NCBI GenBank assembly: GCA_963727445.1
Contig: CAVSGI010000027.1
Location: forward strand, 192,001 to 256,000
DNA: 64,000 nt
Direction of reading: 5' to 3'
Origin: an uncultured delta proteobacterium
Lineage (GTDB): Bacteria > Myxococcota_A > Polyangia > Polyangiales > B10-G4
Below, piece by piece: positions 1 to 8,868 of the stretch. A program made the position numbers and the translations under genes. Position 1 is the stretch's first letter. The number at the start of each line of letters is the position of its first letter. The notes under the pieces were generated by a model, which ran no database searches, was not told the origin of the DNA, and saw only the letters and a program-made list of their open reading frames with translations.

Positions 1-173
1 TGTCGGTGCTCAAGGTGACACTCTTCGGGATCGTGGTCGCGGTCACCTCGGTTCAGCATGGGCTGATGGTGCAGTACTCCCGCCGTGAGCTGCCCATCTA
101 CACCAGTCGGTCGCTGGTGCGCTCGACGCTGCTCTGCGCCATCATCAACACCTTCGTCTCGGTCGTTTCTTGA
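1..173 (+). CDS. MlaE-like ABC permease, C-terminal fragment (partial)
   Basis: Frame from position 3 reads SVLKVTLFGIVVAVTSVQHGL...ELPIYTSRSLVRSTLL, ending TGA at 171-173. This resembles the MlaE C-terminus and directly precedes an MlaF-like gene. Confidence 0.65.
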   Translation, partial: SVLKVTLFGIVVAVTSVQHGLMVQYSRRELPIYTSRSLVRSTLLCAIINTFVSVVS

Positions 174-176
174 GCC

Positions 177-845
177 ATGAGCGCGCTGCTCTCTCTGGTC
201 GACGTCGGACTCGATGTGAACGAGACCCTGTCGTTCGAGGGCGTGAGCTTCGACATCGCCGCCGGTGAGAGTGTGGGGTTGGTGGTGCCGCGCGCGCGCA
301 CGACGCTGCTGATGGTCGCCGCCGGGCTCCGGACCGCGAGCACTGGCCAGGTCCTGCTCGAGGGCAAGCCCATCGAGGGCGCTTACCGCGACCTCGCGCA
401 CGAGGCGACCACCGGCTTCGTCTTCCAGAACGGGGGGCTGCTCGAGAACACGACCATCGCCGACAACGTCGCCCTGCCCCTGCGCTACCACACGAGCTTG
501 AGCGACGCCGCCATCGCAGAACGCGTCGATGCCGCTTTGACGGAGGTGGGGCTCAAGAACGACGGGTGGCGGCTCCCCTATCAAATCCCCCGCGGCAGCC
601 AGCGTCTCGCATCACTCGCGCGGGCGCTCGCGGTCGAGCCGGCGCTGGTCTTCGTCGACGACCTCCACCACGGAGCCACGGTCGAGATCTGGGAGCGCTT
701 CGTCGCGGTGATGCAGCGCGCGCGTGCCCGCTGGAACACGGCGTTCCTCTCCGCGCTGGCCGTCGCGCGCACGCCCCCGGCAGGCGTCGACCGCCTGGTC
801 CACGCCGCGCCGATCGCGCACCCCGCCGCCGTCACTCCCGAGTGA
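177..845 (+). CDS. MlaF-like ABC ATP-binding protein with degenerate motifs
   Basis: GFVFQNGGLLENTTIADNVALPL, LARALAVEPALVFVDD; Walker A and signature motif are degenerate. Confidence 0.8.
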   Translation: MSALLSLVDVGLDVNETLSFEGVSFDIAAGESVGLVVPRARTTLLMVAAGLRTASTGQVLLEGKPIEGAYRDLAHEATTGFVFQNGGLLENTTIADNVALPLRYHTSLSDAAIAERVDAALTEVGLKNDGWRLPYQIPRGSQRLASLARALAVEPALVFVDDLHHGATVEIWERFVAVMQRARARWNTAFLSALAVARTPPAGVDRLVHAAPIAHPAAVTPE

Positions 846-1821
846 GTCGTAGCGCCATCTCGATCGCCGCGATCATGCCTCTGGCGTCGGCCTCGCCGTG
901 CGCCGCGGCGTCGTACGCCACGCCGTGGTCGACGCTCGTGCGGACGAACGGCAAGCCCCAGGTCACGTTGACCGACTCCCCCCAGTCCACGAGCTTGGCA
1001 GCGATCGTCGCTTGATCGTGCATCATCGCGACCACGCCGGCCACGTGCCCGTCGGCGGCGAGACGGAACGCGGTCTCGGCGCCGATGGGTCCGGAGAGCT
1101 TCGCCTCGCCGCCGACGAAAGGCGCCTCGCGCCGCGCCGCCGCGATCCCCACCGCGATCACCCGTGGCTCCTCGTCACCGAAGAGGCCGCCCTCCCCCGC
1201 GTGCGGATTGAGGCTCGCCACCACCAGCTCCGGCGACTCGGCCCCCAACCGGAGGAGCGCCTCGGCGAGGTGGCGGCTCGTGCGCGCCACGCGCTCGGGC
1301 GTGATCAGGTCGGGAACGTCGCGAACGGCGTGGTGGGTCGTCACCAGCCCGGTGCGGAGCCGCGGCCCGAGGAAGAGCATGGTGACCGCGTCCGGCGCGA
1401 GCTCGGCGAGGCCCGCCAGGTGCTCGGTCTGCCCGCGGAAGTGCGCGCCGGTGCGGCTGATCGCCTCCTTGCTCGTCGGCCCGGTGACGAGCGCACGAGC
1501 GCCGTCGCTCGAGACGAAGCGCGCTGCGGCCTCGAGCGCCGCGAGCTGGACCCGTCCAGCAGCCTCGCTGGGTGCGTGAAGGCGACGCTCGGCCACCGGG
1601 CATCGGCCGACGTCGATCAACGCGATGCCCTCGTCCGGTGTGCGCTCGGCAGCGGTGACCACGGTGCACCCGATCCCCTCCTCCGCCGCGATCTCCACGA
1701 GCTGCTCGGCGTCTCCGAAGAGGACGAAGCGGACGTCGGGGCGGCGCGAAGCGGCCCGGAGGGAAATCCAGGGCCCGACGCCCGAGGGGTCCCCGACGGA
1801 GATGGCGACGGGGCGCGTCAC
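832..1821 (-). CDS. pdxA: 4-hydroxythreonine-4-phosphate dehydrogenase
   Basis: GDPSGVGP, LNPHAGEGGLFGDEE, MMHDQ, VNVTWGLPFVRTSVDHG motifs. Confidence 0.93.
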   Translation of the reverse strand: MTRPVAISVGDPSGVGPWISLRAASRRPDVRFVLFGDAEQLVEIAAEEGIGCTVVTAAERTPDEGIALIDVGRCPVAERRLHAPSEAAGRVQLAALEAAARFVSSDGARALVTGPTSKEAISRTGAHFRGQTEHLAGLAELAPDAVTMLFLGPRLRTGLVTTHHAVRDVPDLITPERVARTSRHLAEALLRLGAESPELVVASLNPHAGEGGLFGDEEPRVIAVGIAAARREAPFVGGEAKLSGPIGAETAFRLAADGHVAGVVAMMHDQATIAAKLVDWGESVNVTWGLPFVRTSVDHGVAYDAAAHGEADARGMIAAIEMALRLTRE

Positions 1822-2495
1822 GGCATCTTCATCTTGTAGCCCACGCCGCGCACGGTCTGGATCGGCTCGGAGGCTGCGCCGAGCTTCATGCGAAGCCTGC
1901 GCACGTGGATGTCCACGGTGCGACTGCCGCCGTAGTAGTCGACGCCCCAGACCCGCGACAGCAGCTGGTCGCGGGTGTAGACGCGCCCGCGGTTCTGCGC
2001 GAGGAACGACAGCAGGGCGAACTCCTGATGCGTCAGCTCGATGGGACGTGCTTCGACGCTGACCTCGTGGGCGGCCAGATCAATCTCCATGGGTCCGATC
2101 TTGATGCGCTCGGTCGCCGAGAACTCGCTGCGGCTCCACTCCGCTCGCCGGACGCGGAGATAGAGCTCCGCCGGCAGGTAGGGCACGAGCACGAAGTCGT
2201 CGAAGGCGTCCCGCGAGTCCACCCGGCTCATCCCGGAGACCGTGACCGCGAGGAGCACCGGAACCGCTTCGAGAGCCTGCACCGCCCGCACCCGACCGAG
2301 GGCCGCCCGGCCGGCGTCGACCTCGTCGAGGGCTTCGACGAGGATGGCGGTCGGTGGATCGGCCGCGAGCGCCCGCTCGTCGAAGCCGTCCCAGAGGTCG
2401 TTGGTCTGGACCCGGCACCCGAGGTCGCGGAGGGTCGCGAGCGCACCGTCGGCGCGGCCCCACTCCGTCTCGCGCCCGATGACCAGGATCCACAT
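1818..2495 (-). CDS. OmpR-family winged-helix regulator with atypical GlnR-like receiver
   Basis: C-terminal LTHQEFALL...TRDQLLSRVWGVDYYGGSRTVDIHVRRLRMKLG...TVRGVGY; start reassigned to ATG at 2495 (MWILVIG). Confidence 0.88.
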   Translation of the reverse strand: MWILVIGRETEWGRADGALATLRDLGCRVQTNDLWDGFDERALAADPPTAILVEALDEVDAGRAALGRVRAVQALEAVPVLLAVTVSGMSRVDSRDAFDDFVLVPYLPAELYLRVRRAEWSRSEFSATERIKIGPMEIDLAAHEVSVEARPIELTHQEFALLSFLAQNRGRVYTRDQLLSRVWGVDYYGGSRTVDIHVRRLRMKLGAASEPIQTVRGVGYKMKMP

Positions 2496-2696
2496 GGAGG
2501 GGTGCGGGATAGCGGACCTCGGGTCCGAGGTCCACGAGGCGCTCACAAACCCGCGCCGATGCGGGACTTTTCGGAGGAGCACCTGGCCCCACACCTTGAC
2601 CACTGCTTCGGCCGATTGGTACCGTTCGGCTTCCCGAAGGGTCTGGAGGACCAAGCCCCCAAAGGCGGCCCGGTAGGGGAAGCGGAAGAGGCGACC

Positions 2697-4499
2697 TTGG
2701 CAACGAAGACGTGGCGACTCGTCGTCACCGAGCTGGGAGGCTCGGCACCTCTCTCGGATGTGAGCATCGAGGCGACCAATTGGATGGCCGCCGTGAAAGC
2801 AGGCCGAGCTGCGATCGGTGAGGAAGGCGGCGTGCCCACGGGAGCGAGCTGCGCCGTCGCTCCGGATGGCAAGGTCACGATTCACGATCCGGTGGCCCGC
2901 AAGACCTACGTCCTGACACCTGGAGCCAAGGTGGCCGACGACGCCCCGAAGGCGGCGCCCGCCGCTCCCGCCGCACAGCCGGCCCCTCCCACCGCTGCCG
3001 CCGCGCAGCCAGCGGCGCCCGCCGCTCCCGCATCGGCCGACGCCGCGCCGGCGTCGAGCAAGAAGAAGAAGCTCTCCACCAAGACCGTCGCCTACAACAT
3101 CAACGAGCAGGGTCCCATCGCTCCACCTCAGGCGGCGCCCGCCCCCGCTCAACCGGCGCCCGCCGCCGCGCCGCCGGCGCCCGCCGCGCCACAACCCGCG
3201 CCGGCCGCGCAGCCCGCGCCGGCCGCGCAGCCCGCGCCCGCCGCTTCGGCGCCCGTGCCGGCACCCGCACCGAGCAAGAAGAAGAAGCTCAAGACCAAGA
3301 CCGTCGCCTACAACATCAACGAGCAGGGACCCATCGTTCCGCCCCAGGCGGCTGCGCCCGCAGCGGCGGCCGCGCCGGCCGCGGCTCCCTCAGCCGAGCC
3401 CGAGCTCGAGCTCCTCGCCGAGCGCGGAGAGGATCCGTCCGACAAGAGCCCGCTCCACTACCGCGAGAAGATCTTCGTGGCGCCACCTGGTCTGGACCTG
3501 GAGATCGCCGAGGGCCTGATCCGAACGCGCTTCGGGATGCTGCGCGCGGAGCTGGACGACAAGCCGCCCGGCAAGTTCTTCAACCTGGCGGTCTTCGATC
3601 ATCGCTGGCAGGGGCGTCCGAGTCGTCCGCCCGTGGTCACCCTGCAGTGGAAGGATTGGCGTGGCGAACCGATGGTGGCGTTCCCCGCCCGTGATGGGGC
3701 CGCCCAGACCGCGCCCGCCTCCCAACCGGCGCCCGCGCCCGCGCAGCCCGCTTCGCAGCCGCCGCCCGCCGCCCAGCCTGCGCCCCCGCCAGAGCCCGCT
3801 GCGCCCGCGCCCCCTACGCGACCGGCTGCCACGCCACCTGCACCCGAGCCTGTGCCTGCGCCGCAAGCCGCGCCGACGCCGGCGGCCGCCGCGCCCGCGC
3901 CCGCGCCACCCCAGAACCCGGCCCCTTCCCCCGCGCCACAGCAGAAGCGAACGCGCGTTCCAACCGACGAGCAGGACATCCGCCTCGCCAAGGCCTTCGA
4001 GGCGTCGCAGGATCTCTTCTTCCTCAGCACCCCCGTCGAGGGCTTGGAGTTCGCGATGCGGCTCCTCAGCGAGCTCGTCCCCTGCGAGGCGACGAGCGCC
4101 TGCCTCTACGACATCAACACCGACGAGTTCCGCTTCGTCACGCTGAGCGGGCCGGGCGCCGAGGCGCGACAAGGCGAGGCGGTCCCCAACAACACCGGCC
4201 TCTTCGGCGTCGCGGCGCACCGCGTGGGTCAGGTGCTCAACGTCGAGGACGCCACCTCCGACGAGCGCTTCGATCCCGGCGTCGACGGACGCGTGGGCTT
4301 GACCGCGCGAAGCCTCCTCTACATGCCCCTCAACCACCAAGGCCAGCTCTTCGGCATGGTGCAGCTGATCAACCGCGACAATCGTCCGGCGTTCACCACC
4401 GCCGACGGAGACGTCACCGCCTATGTCGGCAAGCAGCTGGGCGAGTTCCTTCAGCAGGCCCGCATGAGCGTCGACAACCTCCGACGCCAGTCCGGCTGA
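2697..4499 (+). CDS. Pro/Ala-rich multidomain protein with C-terminal GAF domain
   Basis: Likely TTG start at 2697 after a purine-rich run. The GAF segment reads NVEDATSDERFDPGVDGRVGLTARSLLYMPL...FGMVQLINR. Confidence 0.8.
   Translation: MATKTWRLVVTELGGSAPLSDVSIEATNWMAAVKAGRAAIGEEGGVPTGASCAVAPDGKVTIHDPVARKTYVLTPGAKVADDAPKAAPAAPAAQPAPPTAAAAQPAAPAAPASADAAPASSKKKKLSTKTVAYNINEQGPIAPPQAAPAPAQPAPAAAPPAPAAPQPAPAAQPAPAAQPAPAASAPVPAPAPSKKKKLKTKTVAYNINEQGPIVPPQAAAPAAAAAPAAAPSAEPELELLAERGEDPSDKSPLHYREKIFVAPPGLDLEIAEGLIRTRFGMLRAELDDKPPGKFFNLAVFDHRWQGRPSRPPVVTLQWKDWRGEPMVAFPARDGAAQTAPASQPAPAPAQPASQPPPAAQPAPPPEPAAPAPPTRPAATPPAPEPVPAPQAAPTPAAAAPAPAPPQNPAPSPAPQQKRTRVPTDEQDIRLAKAFEASQDLFFLSTPVEGLEFAMRLLSELVPCEATSACLYDINTDEFRFVTLSGPGAEARQGEAVPNNTGLFGVAAHRVGQVLNVEDATSDERFDPGVDGRVGLTARSLLYMPLNHQGQLFGMVQLINRDNRPAFTTADGDVTAYVGKQLGEFLQQARMSVDNLRRQSG
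3055..3336 (+). repeat. Intragenic 66-bp direct duplication (3055-3120 and 3271-3336)
   Basis: 62/66 identical; each copy encodes SKKKKLxTKTVAYNINEQGPI. Confidence 0.9.
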
Positions 4500-4514
4500 A
4501 GCGGATCGACGCGA

Positions 4515-5024
4515 TCAGTGCGCGCGCTGGCGGAGCAGCTGGCGCACCTGCTGCTCGATCGTGCGCTCGTCGCCCGAGCGGAAGCCTTCGTGGACGTGGC
4601 GAACGACGCCGCGTCGATCGACGATGTAGGACGAAGGCATGCGGGGCGGATCGTAGCGCCCGGCGACCTCGTGATCCTCGTCGATGACCACCGGGAAATC
4701 GACAGGCGTGCGGCGGAGGAAGCCGCGGGCGTTGCGCGCCCGGGTGTCCTGACTCACGCCCACCACGACCAGCCCCGCGTCCTTGTATCGCTCGTAGAGC
4801 CGATTGAGCACCGGCAGCTCCTCGCGACAGGGCCCGCACCAGCTGGCCCAGAAGTCGACGATCACCACCTTGCCCCTGAGGTCGCGCATCCGGACCTGGT
4901 TCCCGTCGAGCGACTCGAGGCCGATCTCCGGGGCGCGGGAGCCGGTGCTCAGCGCCGAGCTGGCGACCGAGAAGCTGGCGAGGGCGAACGCGAGGGCGAA
5001 GAGGATGAAACGGGGAGCGCGCAT
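4515..5024 (-). CDS. TlpA/ResA-family thiol-disulfide oxidoreductase
   Basis: Signal peptide, GKVVIVDFWASWCGPCREELP, and a cis-Pro motif (RMPSSY). Confidence 0.9.
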   Translation of the reverse strand: MRAPRFILFALAFALASFSVASSALSTGSRAPEIGLESLDGNQVRMRDLRGKVVIVDFWASWCGPCREELPVLNRLYERYKDAGLVVVGVSQDTRARNARGFLRRTPVDFPVVIDEDHEVAGRYDPPRMPSSYIVDRRGVVRHVHEGFRSGDERTIEQQVRQLLRQRAH

Positions 5025-5056
5025 GGGTTCTTTGGACGTGGCAAAAGGCTGGGGAT

Positions 5057-5953
5057 TCACTGGTCGAGCTCTTCCTGAATATAGGCGGGAAGCGTCCGAG
5101 GTCCTTCGGGAAATCGGCGACCGTTCACGAAGATGGAGGGGGTGCCCGTGATCTCGAGCTCACGACCGATGGCGCGGCTTTCTTCGATGCGGCGCTGGGT
5201 CTCCTCGGAGGCCATGTCGGCCCGGAAGCGCTCCATGTCCAGCCCGATCTGCTCCGCGTAGTGCTCGAGATCCTCGTTCTCGAGGGCACGCTGGTTGTCG
5301 AAGAGCATGTCGTGCATCTCCCAGAACTTGCCCTGGTTCTGCGCCGCGATCGACGCCCGGGCGGCGGGCTGTGAGTGCTCGTGACCGTCGAGGGGGTACT
5401 GCATGAAGATGAGCTTCACCCGCCCTTCGTACTCGTCCAGGAGTCGGTGCAGGATTGGCGCCGTCATGCCGCAGTAGGGGCACTCGAAGTCGCTGAACTC
5501 GACGATGGTGATCGGCGCCATGGGTGCGCCGCGCACCGGAGCTCCCTCGGTGTCGATCTCGAGGACCTCGTCCCGGCCATAGCGCATCCGGTAGTTTTCC
5601 TCGATCTCGGCCTTCTCCAGCCCCTCGGTGACCAGCCGGACCACGTAGCGCGCGGCGGGAACGCACTGGCGACACTCGCGGTGCTCTTGAACGCAGCGCG
5701 CCACGCTCACGGGCTCACCGCAGGGCGAGAGCAGGTCGTTGACGAGGTCACGAAAGACTCGCTTTTCCGAGCGGGTCAGGTCGGAGATGTCGACTGCATC
5801 GAGCTCCTCGATCTGCTCGCCCCCTGTGGATTCCTCCCCACTCGGGACGATCTCGGAGCCCTGGCTCTGGCCGTCGTCGTCGTTGCAGCTGGCACCGAGA
5901 GAGACCGCCGCGAGGAGAGCCACGGGGACCCAGAGGGTGAGCGGGCGTCGCAT
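5057..5953 (-). CDS. DsbA-family thioredoxin lipoprotein
   Basis: Lipobox GASC, then TIVEFSDFECPYC, QGKFWEMHD and GTPSIFVNG. Confidence 0.9.
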   Translation of the reverse strand: MRRPLTLWVPVALLAAVSLGASCNDDDGQSQGSEIVPSGEESTGGEQIEELDAVDISDLTRSEKRVFRDLVNDLLSPCGEPVSVARCVQEHRECRQCVPAARYVVRLVTEGLEKAEIEENYRMRYGRDEVLEIDTEGAPVRGAPMAPITIVEFSDFECPYCGMTAPILHRLLDEYEGRVKLIFMQYPLDGHEHSQPAARASIAAQNQGKFWEMHDMLFDNQRALENEDLEHYAEQIGLDMERFRADMASEETQRRIEESRAIGRELEITGTPSIFVNGRRFPEGPRTLPAYIQEELDQ

Positions 5954-6033
5954 CGTGCGCGGACTCTAGCCCGAAAAAGGCGAAGGGTCACGGGCAACCC
6001 AGCCTCCTTTGTGGACCCCTTTTTCGCGCTGGC

Positions 6034-6840
6034 TCAGAGCGGAAGCGGCGCGCCCGCGAGGATCCAATGAGAAAGGGTGGAGATCTCGCCGTGGGACAGA
6101 GCCGGGCCCGACTCCGGGGGAGGCATCCAATCGCCGAGGACGTGGGGGTCGCCGAGCACTTTGTAGATGAGGAGGCTCCCGTCTGGCCGCCCCACCCCGC
6201 CCACGACGTCGATGATGTCGAGAGCTCCGAAGAAGACGCTGCCGCGATCCGCTTCGAGGGTCTCCCCGCCCGCCCGGGGGGAGCGGCGTCCGATGGCGGT
6301 GAGCCGGATCCGCTCCGGCGAAGAGAGGTCGAGACCGAAGGGCGAATCGGGACCGACGTGACATCCGGACAGGGCGCATCGGCCCGTGAAGATGGGCGCG
6401 ACCTCCGCCCACGTGGCCGACGGGGGGACCGGAGCGTCGGTCCGGGCGCCGGTGCGGAAGCGAACGAGGTACTCGGTCTCGATCTGACGGTCCTCCAAAT
6501 CGCGCACGCCATCGACGCTGAATCGGTAGACCACCTCGGGAGCCAGGGGCGCATCCTCGAAGCTCGTGGCCACGATCACGGAGTCCACGGGATCGAAGCG
6601 CACGCTCAGCCGCTGGTCCACGCCGCCGGAACGCAGCCGCACCGTCCCGGGGTTCACCGTGCGCGGCAGAAGGCGCCGATCGACGAAAGCGAGGAGCTCG
6701 GGCAGACGGGAGACATCGGTATCGCCATCGAGCGGATCGGAGGAGATGACGACAGGAGCATCTCCAGCCGGCCGCTCAGGCGGAATGTCGCAAGCGAAGA
6801 GGGCGAGCAGCGAGAGGAGAGCCGCGCGGCGGCTCAGGAC
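6034..6840 (-). CDS. Lipoprotein with Ig-like (Big_5-type) domain and possible c-type heme domain (start uncertain)
   Basis: Lipobox LFAC, PVVISSDPLDGDTDV...RFRTG Ig-like segment, CALSGCH motif, and a C-terminal MPP...WILAGAP segment. Confidence 0.6.
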   Translation of the reverse strand, partial: VLSRRAALLSLLALFACDIPPERPAGDAPVVISSDPLDGDTDVSRLPELLAFVDRRLLPRTVNPGTVRLRSGGVDQRLSVRFDPVDSVIVATSFEDAPLAPEVVYRFSVDGVRDLEDRQIETEYLVRFRTGARTDAPVPPSATWAEVAPIFTGRCALSGCHVGPDSPFGLDLSSPERIRLTAIGRRSPRAGGETLEADRGSVFFGALDIIDVVGGVGRPDGSLLIYKVLGDPHVLGDWMPPPESGPALSHGEISTLSHWILAGAPLPL

Positions 6841-7088
6841 TCGGAGTAGGTGTTGAGCTGCTCGCGAATGATGTCTTCGCTGATGCCGGAGCGGATGGAC
6901 TCCTTCAAACAATCGGCCACCACGATGAGGAAGTCTTCGACACCCTTGTCCTCGATCAAGCGGGAGAGGAGCATACGAGCCTCGCGGCTGTCGTCATCCC
7001 TCAAGAACTGTCTCACCTGTTCGATGGTGATATCGCCCTGGAAGTCGATGATGGCGTGATTCAGAAGATAGCGGGCAAGCTCCCTCAC
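6834..7088 (-). CDS. Small (84 aa) helical hypothetical protein
   Basis: GGAGG RBS before GTG at 7088; MRELARYLLNHAIIDF...LNTYSES has protein-like composition. Confidence 0.75.
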   Translation of the reverse strand: MRELARYLLNHAIIDFQGDITIEQVRQFLRDDDSREARMLLSRLIEDKGVEDFLIVVADCLKESIRSGISEDIIREQLNTYSES

Positions 7089-7232
7089 GGAGGTCCTCCA
7101 CAAAAGTAGACGGCGGCGGGCTGGTTGTAAATCCCGCCCTGTCTCAAACGCAAGGATATTCGGGGATTGGGACGGCGGCCCTCCCCCCTCGGCCCCCCCT
7201 TTTCGGCCTGGGTTGAGGTAGCTTTGAGGGGC

Positions 7233-8864
7233 ATGGACAACACCATGATCCGCGTTCTGGTCACGGCTTTCGCCCCGGTTCCGGGGTCGAGCCCCCATGC
7301 GGCAGCGGTCATGGGCCTGGCCGCGGCCATCCGGGCCGAAATGGACATGGTCACGATCAAGACCGAGTCCCTCTCGCACATGGAGCACTACGGGGACGCC
7401 CGCCTCTACCGGGTCCCGACGGGCGTCGGCACCCCCGCCGAGCAGCGACAGGCCTTCGGCCGGGCGTGTCTGCGACAGCTCGAAGCACAGCCCTACGACG
7501 TGGTCCACGTCCGGGGCGCGATGGAGGGTCGCATCCTCGCGGAGCACAAGAAGGACTTCGGCTTTCGCTTCGTCTACGAGGTAGCGACCTTTCCAGACGA
7601 AGCGGAAGGGATCGACATCGAGAAGCGCTGGATCGACGCGCACCGGGCCTGCGCCGAGGCCGCCGATCTGATCCTCGTCCCCACCCGCGCGGCGACGCGC
7701 GGGCTGTCCGACTACGGCTACGCCGGGAAGGTGGCGGTCGTGCACCCCGGCGTCGACGTCAACGGCTACGACTGGTGGCCGGCGGCGACCGACGACACGG
7801 CGCGCCTCCTCTATCTCGGTGGCTTCGGCGCGGACCGCGACCTGTCGACGGTTCTGTCCGCCGTGAAGGAGATCGAAAAGGCGCGTCCTGTCGAGGTGCT
7901 CATCGCGGGCGAGCCGGACTTCGAGGTGAGAGAACGGCTGCGCCGCGTGGTGAAGTCCTTCGGCCTCGAGTCGATGGTGACCGTTCGCGGAGAGCCGACG
8001 CCCCTCGCCATCCCCATGGTGATCGGCGCAGCCGACATCTGTCTCGCGCCGGCCGCCGCCTCCCCCCGCTTCCAGGATCTGGGCGACCTGCCCCAACCCC
8101 TGCTCGAGTATCTGGCGTGCCGGCGACCGGTGATCGCCGCGGGTGTGCCCGGGGTCGCGGAGATCCTGCGGGACGACAAGGAGGGCCTGCTCTACCCGCC
8201 CGGCGACCACGAGGCGCTCAAGGACGCGGTGATGACGCTCCTCGACAACGAGACGCAGCGCGAGCGACTGGTGGAGAGTGCCTACGACCGTGTGCGGTGG
8301 ATGTTCTCGGATGGTGCGCGACGTCGGCGCATCGCGGAGGTCTACGAGATGCTCACGCCGGGCTCACAGCTCTACGACGCATGGGTCGAGGGCTTCCCGC
8401 GCGACGTCACCGGAAACGTGGATCTCGAAGCCCTCGCGATCCTCGAAGCGGCCGAGGAGGTGACGCGCGACGACGACAGCGCCGAGCTCGAGCTCTCACC
8501 CGAGGACCTCGAGCCCGCGGATCCCGCGACGCTCCCGCCCCAGGGCGCGTTCCGGACCCATCCCCCCGACGATTATCAACAGGTGCTCTATCGCCCCGAT
8601 CACACCGGCGAGCTCGAGCTGCCCAACACCAACCCTCGCGTTCAGACGCCGCTCCTGGGTCCAGACGACCCCTCCGAGTTCGCCGACATGGAGACGGTGG
8701 CCGACGACGAGGACGAGCTCGCCGCGGTGCCCACCACGATCGCCGCGACGCCGACCGAGGTCACCGAACGGTCGCGGCGCAAAGGGCAGAAGGAGACCAC
8801 CGACGAGCTCAATCCTCCGTCGCGTCCCGAGCCCGACACCGGCCCGGTGCGCAACCCCGAGTAG
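7233..8864 (+). CDS. GT4-family glycosyltransferase with acidic disordered C-terminal tail
   Basis: VVHPGVD and LLEYLACRRPVIAAGVPGVAEILRDDKEGLLYPPGD. Confidence 0.85.
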   Translation: MDNTMIRVLVTAFAPVPGSSPHAAAVMGLAAAIRAEMDMVTIKTESLSHMEHYGDARLYRVPTGVGTPAEQRQAFGRACLRQLEAQPYDVVHVRGAMEGRILAEHKKDFGFRFVYEVATFPDEAEGIDIEKRWIDAHRACAEAADLILVPTRAATRGLSDYGYAGKVAVVHPGVDVNGYDWWPAATDDTARLLYLGGFGADRDLSTVLSAVKEIEKARPVEVLIAGEPDFEVRERLRRVVKSFGLESMVTVRGEPTPLAIPMVIGAADICLAPAAASPRFQDLGDLPQPLLEYLACRRPVIAAGVPGVAEILRDDKEGLLYPPGDHEALKDAVMTLLDNETQRERLVESAYDRVRWMFSDGARRRRIAEVYEMLTPGSQLYDAWVEGFPRDVTGNVDLEALAILEAAEEVTRDDDSAELELSPEDLEPADPATLPPQGAFRTHPPDDYQQVLYRPDHTGELELPNTNPRVQTPLLGPDDPSEFADMETVADDEDELAAVPTTIAATPTEVTERSRRKGQKETTDELNPPSRPEPDTGPVRNPE

Positions 8865-8868
8865 AGCG

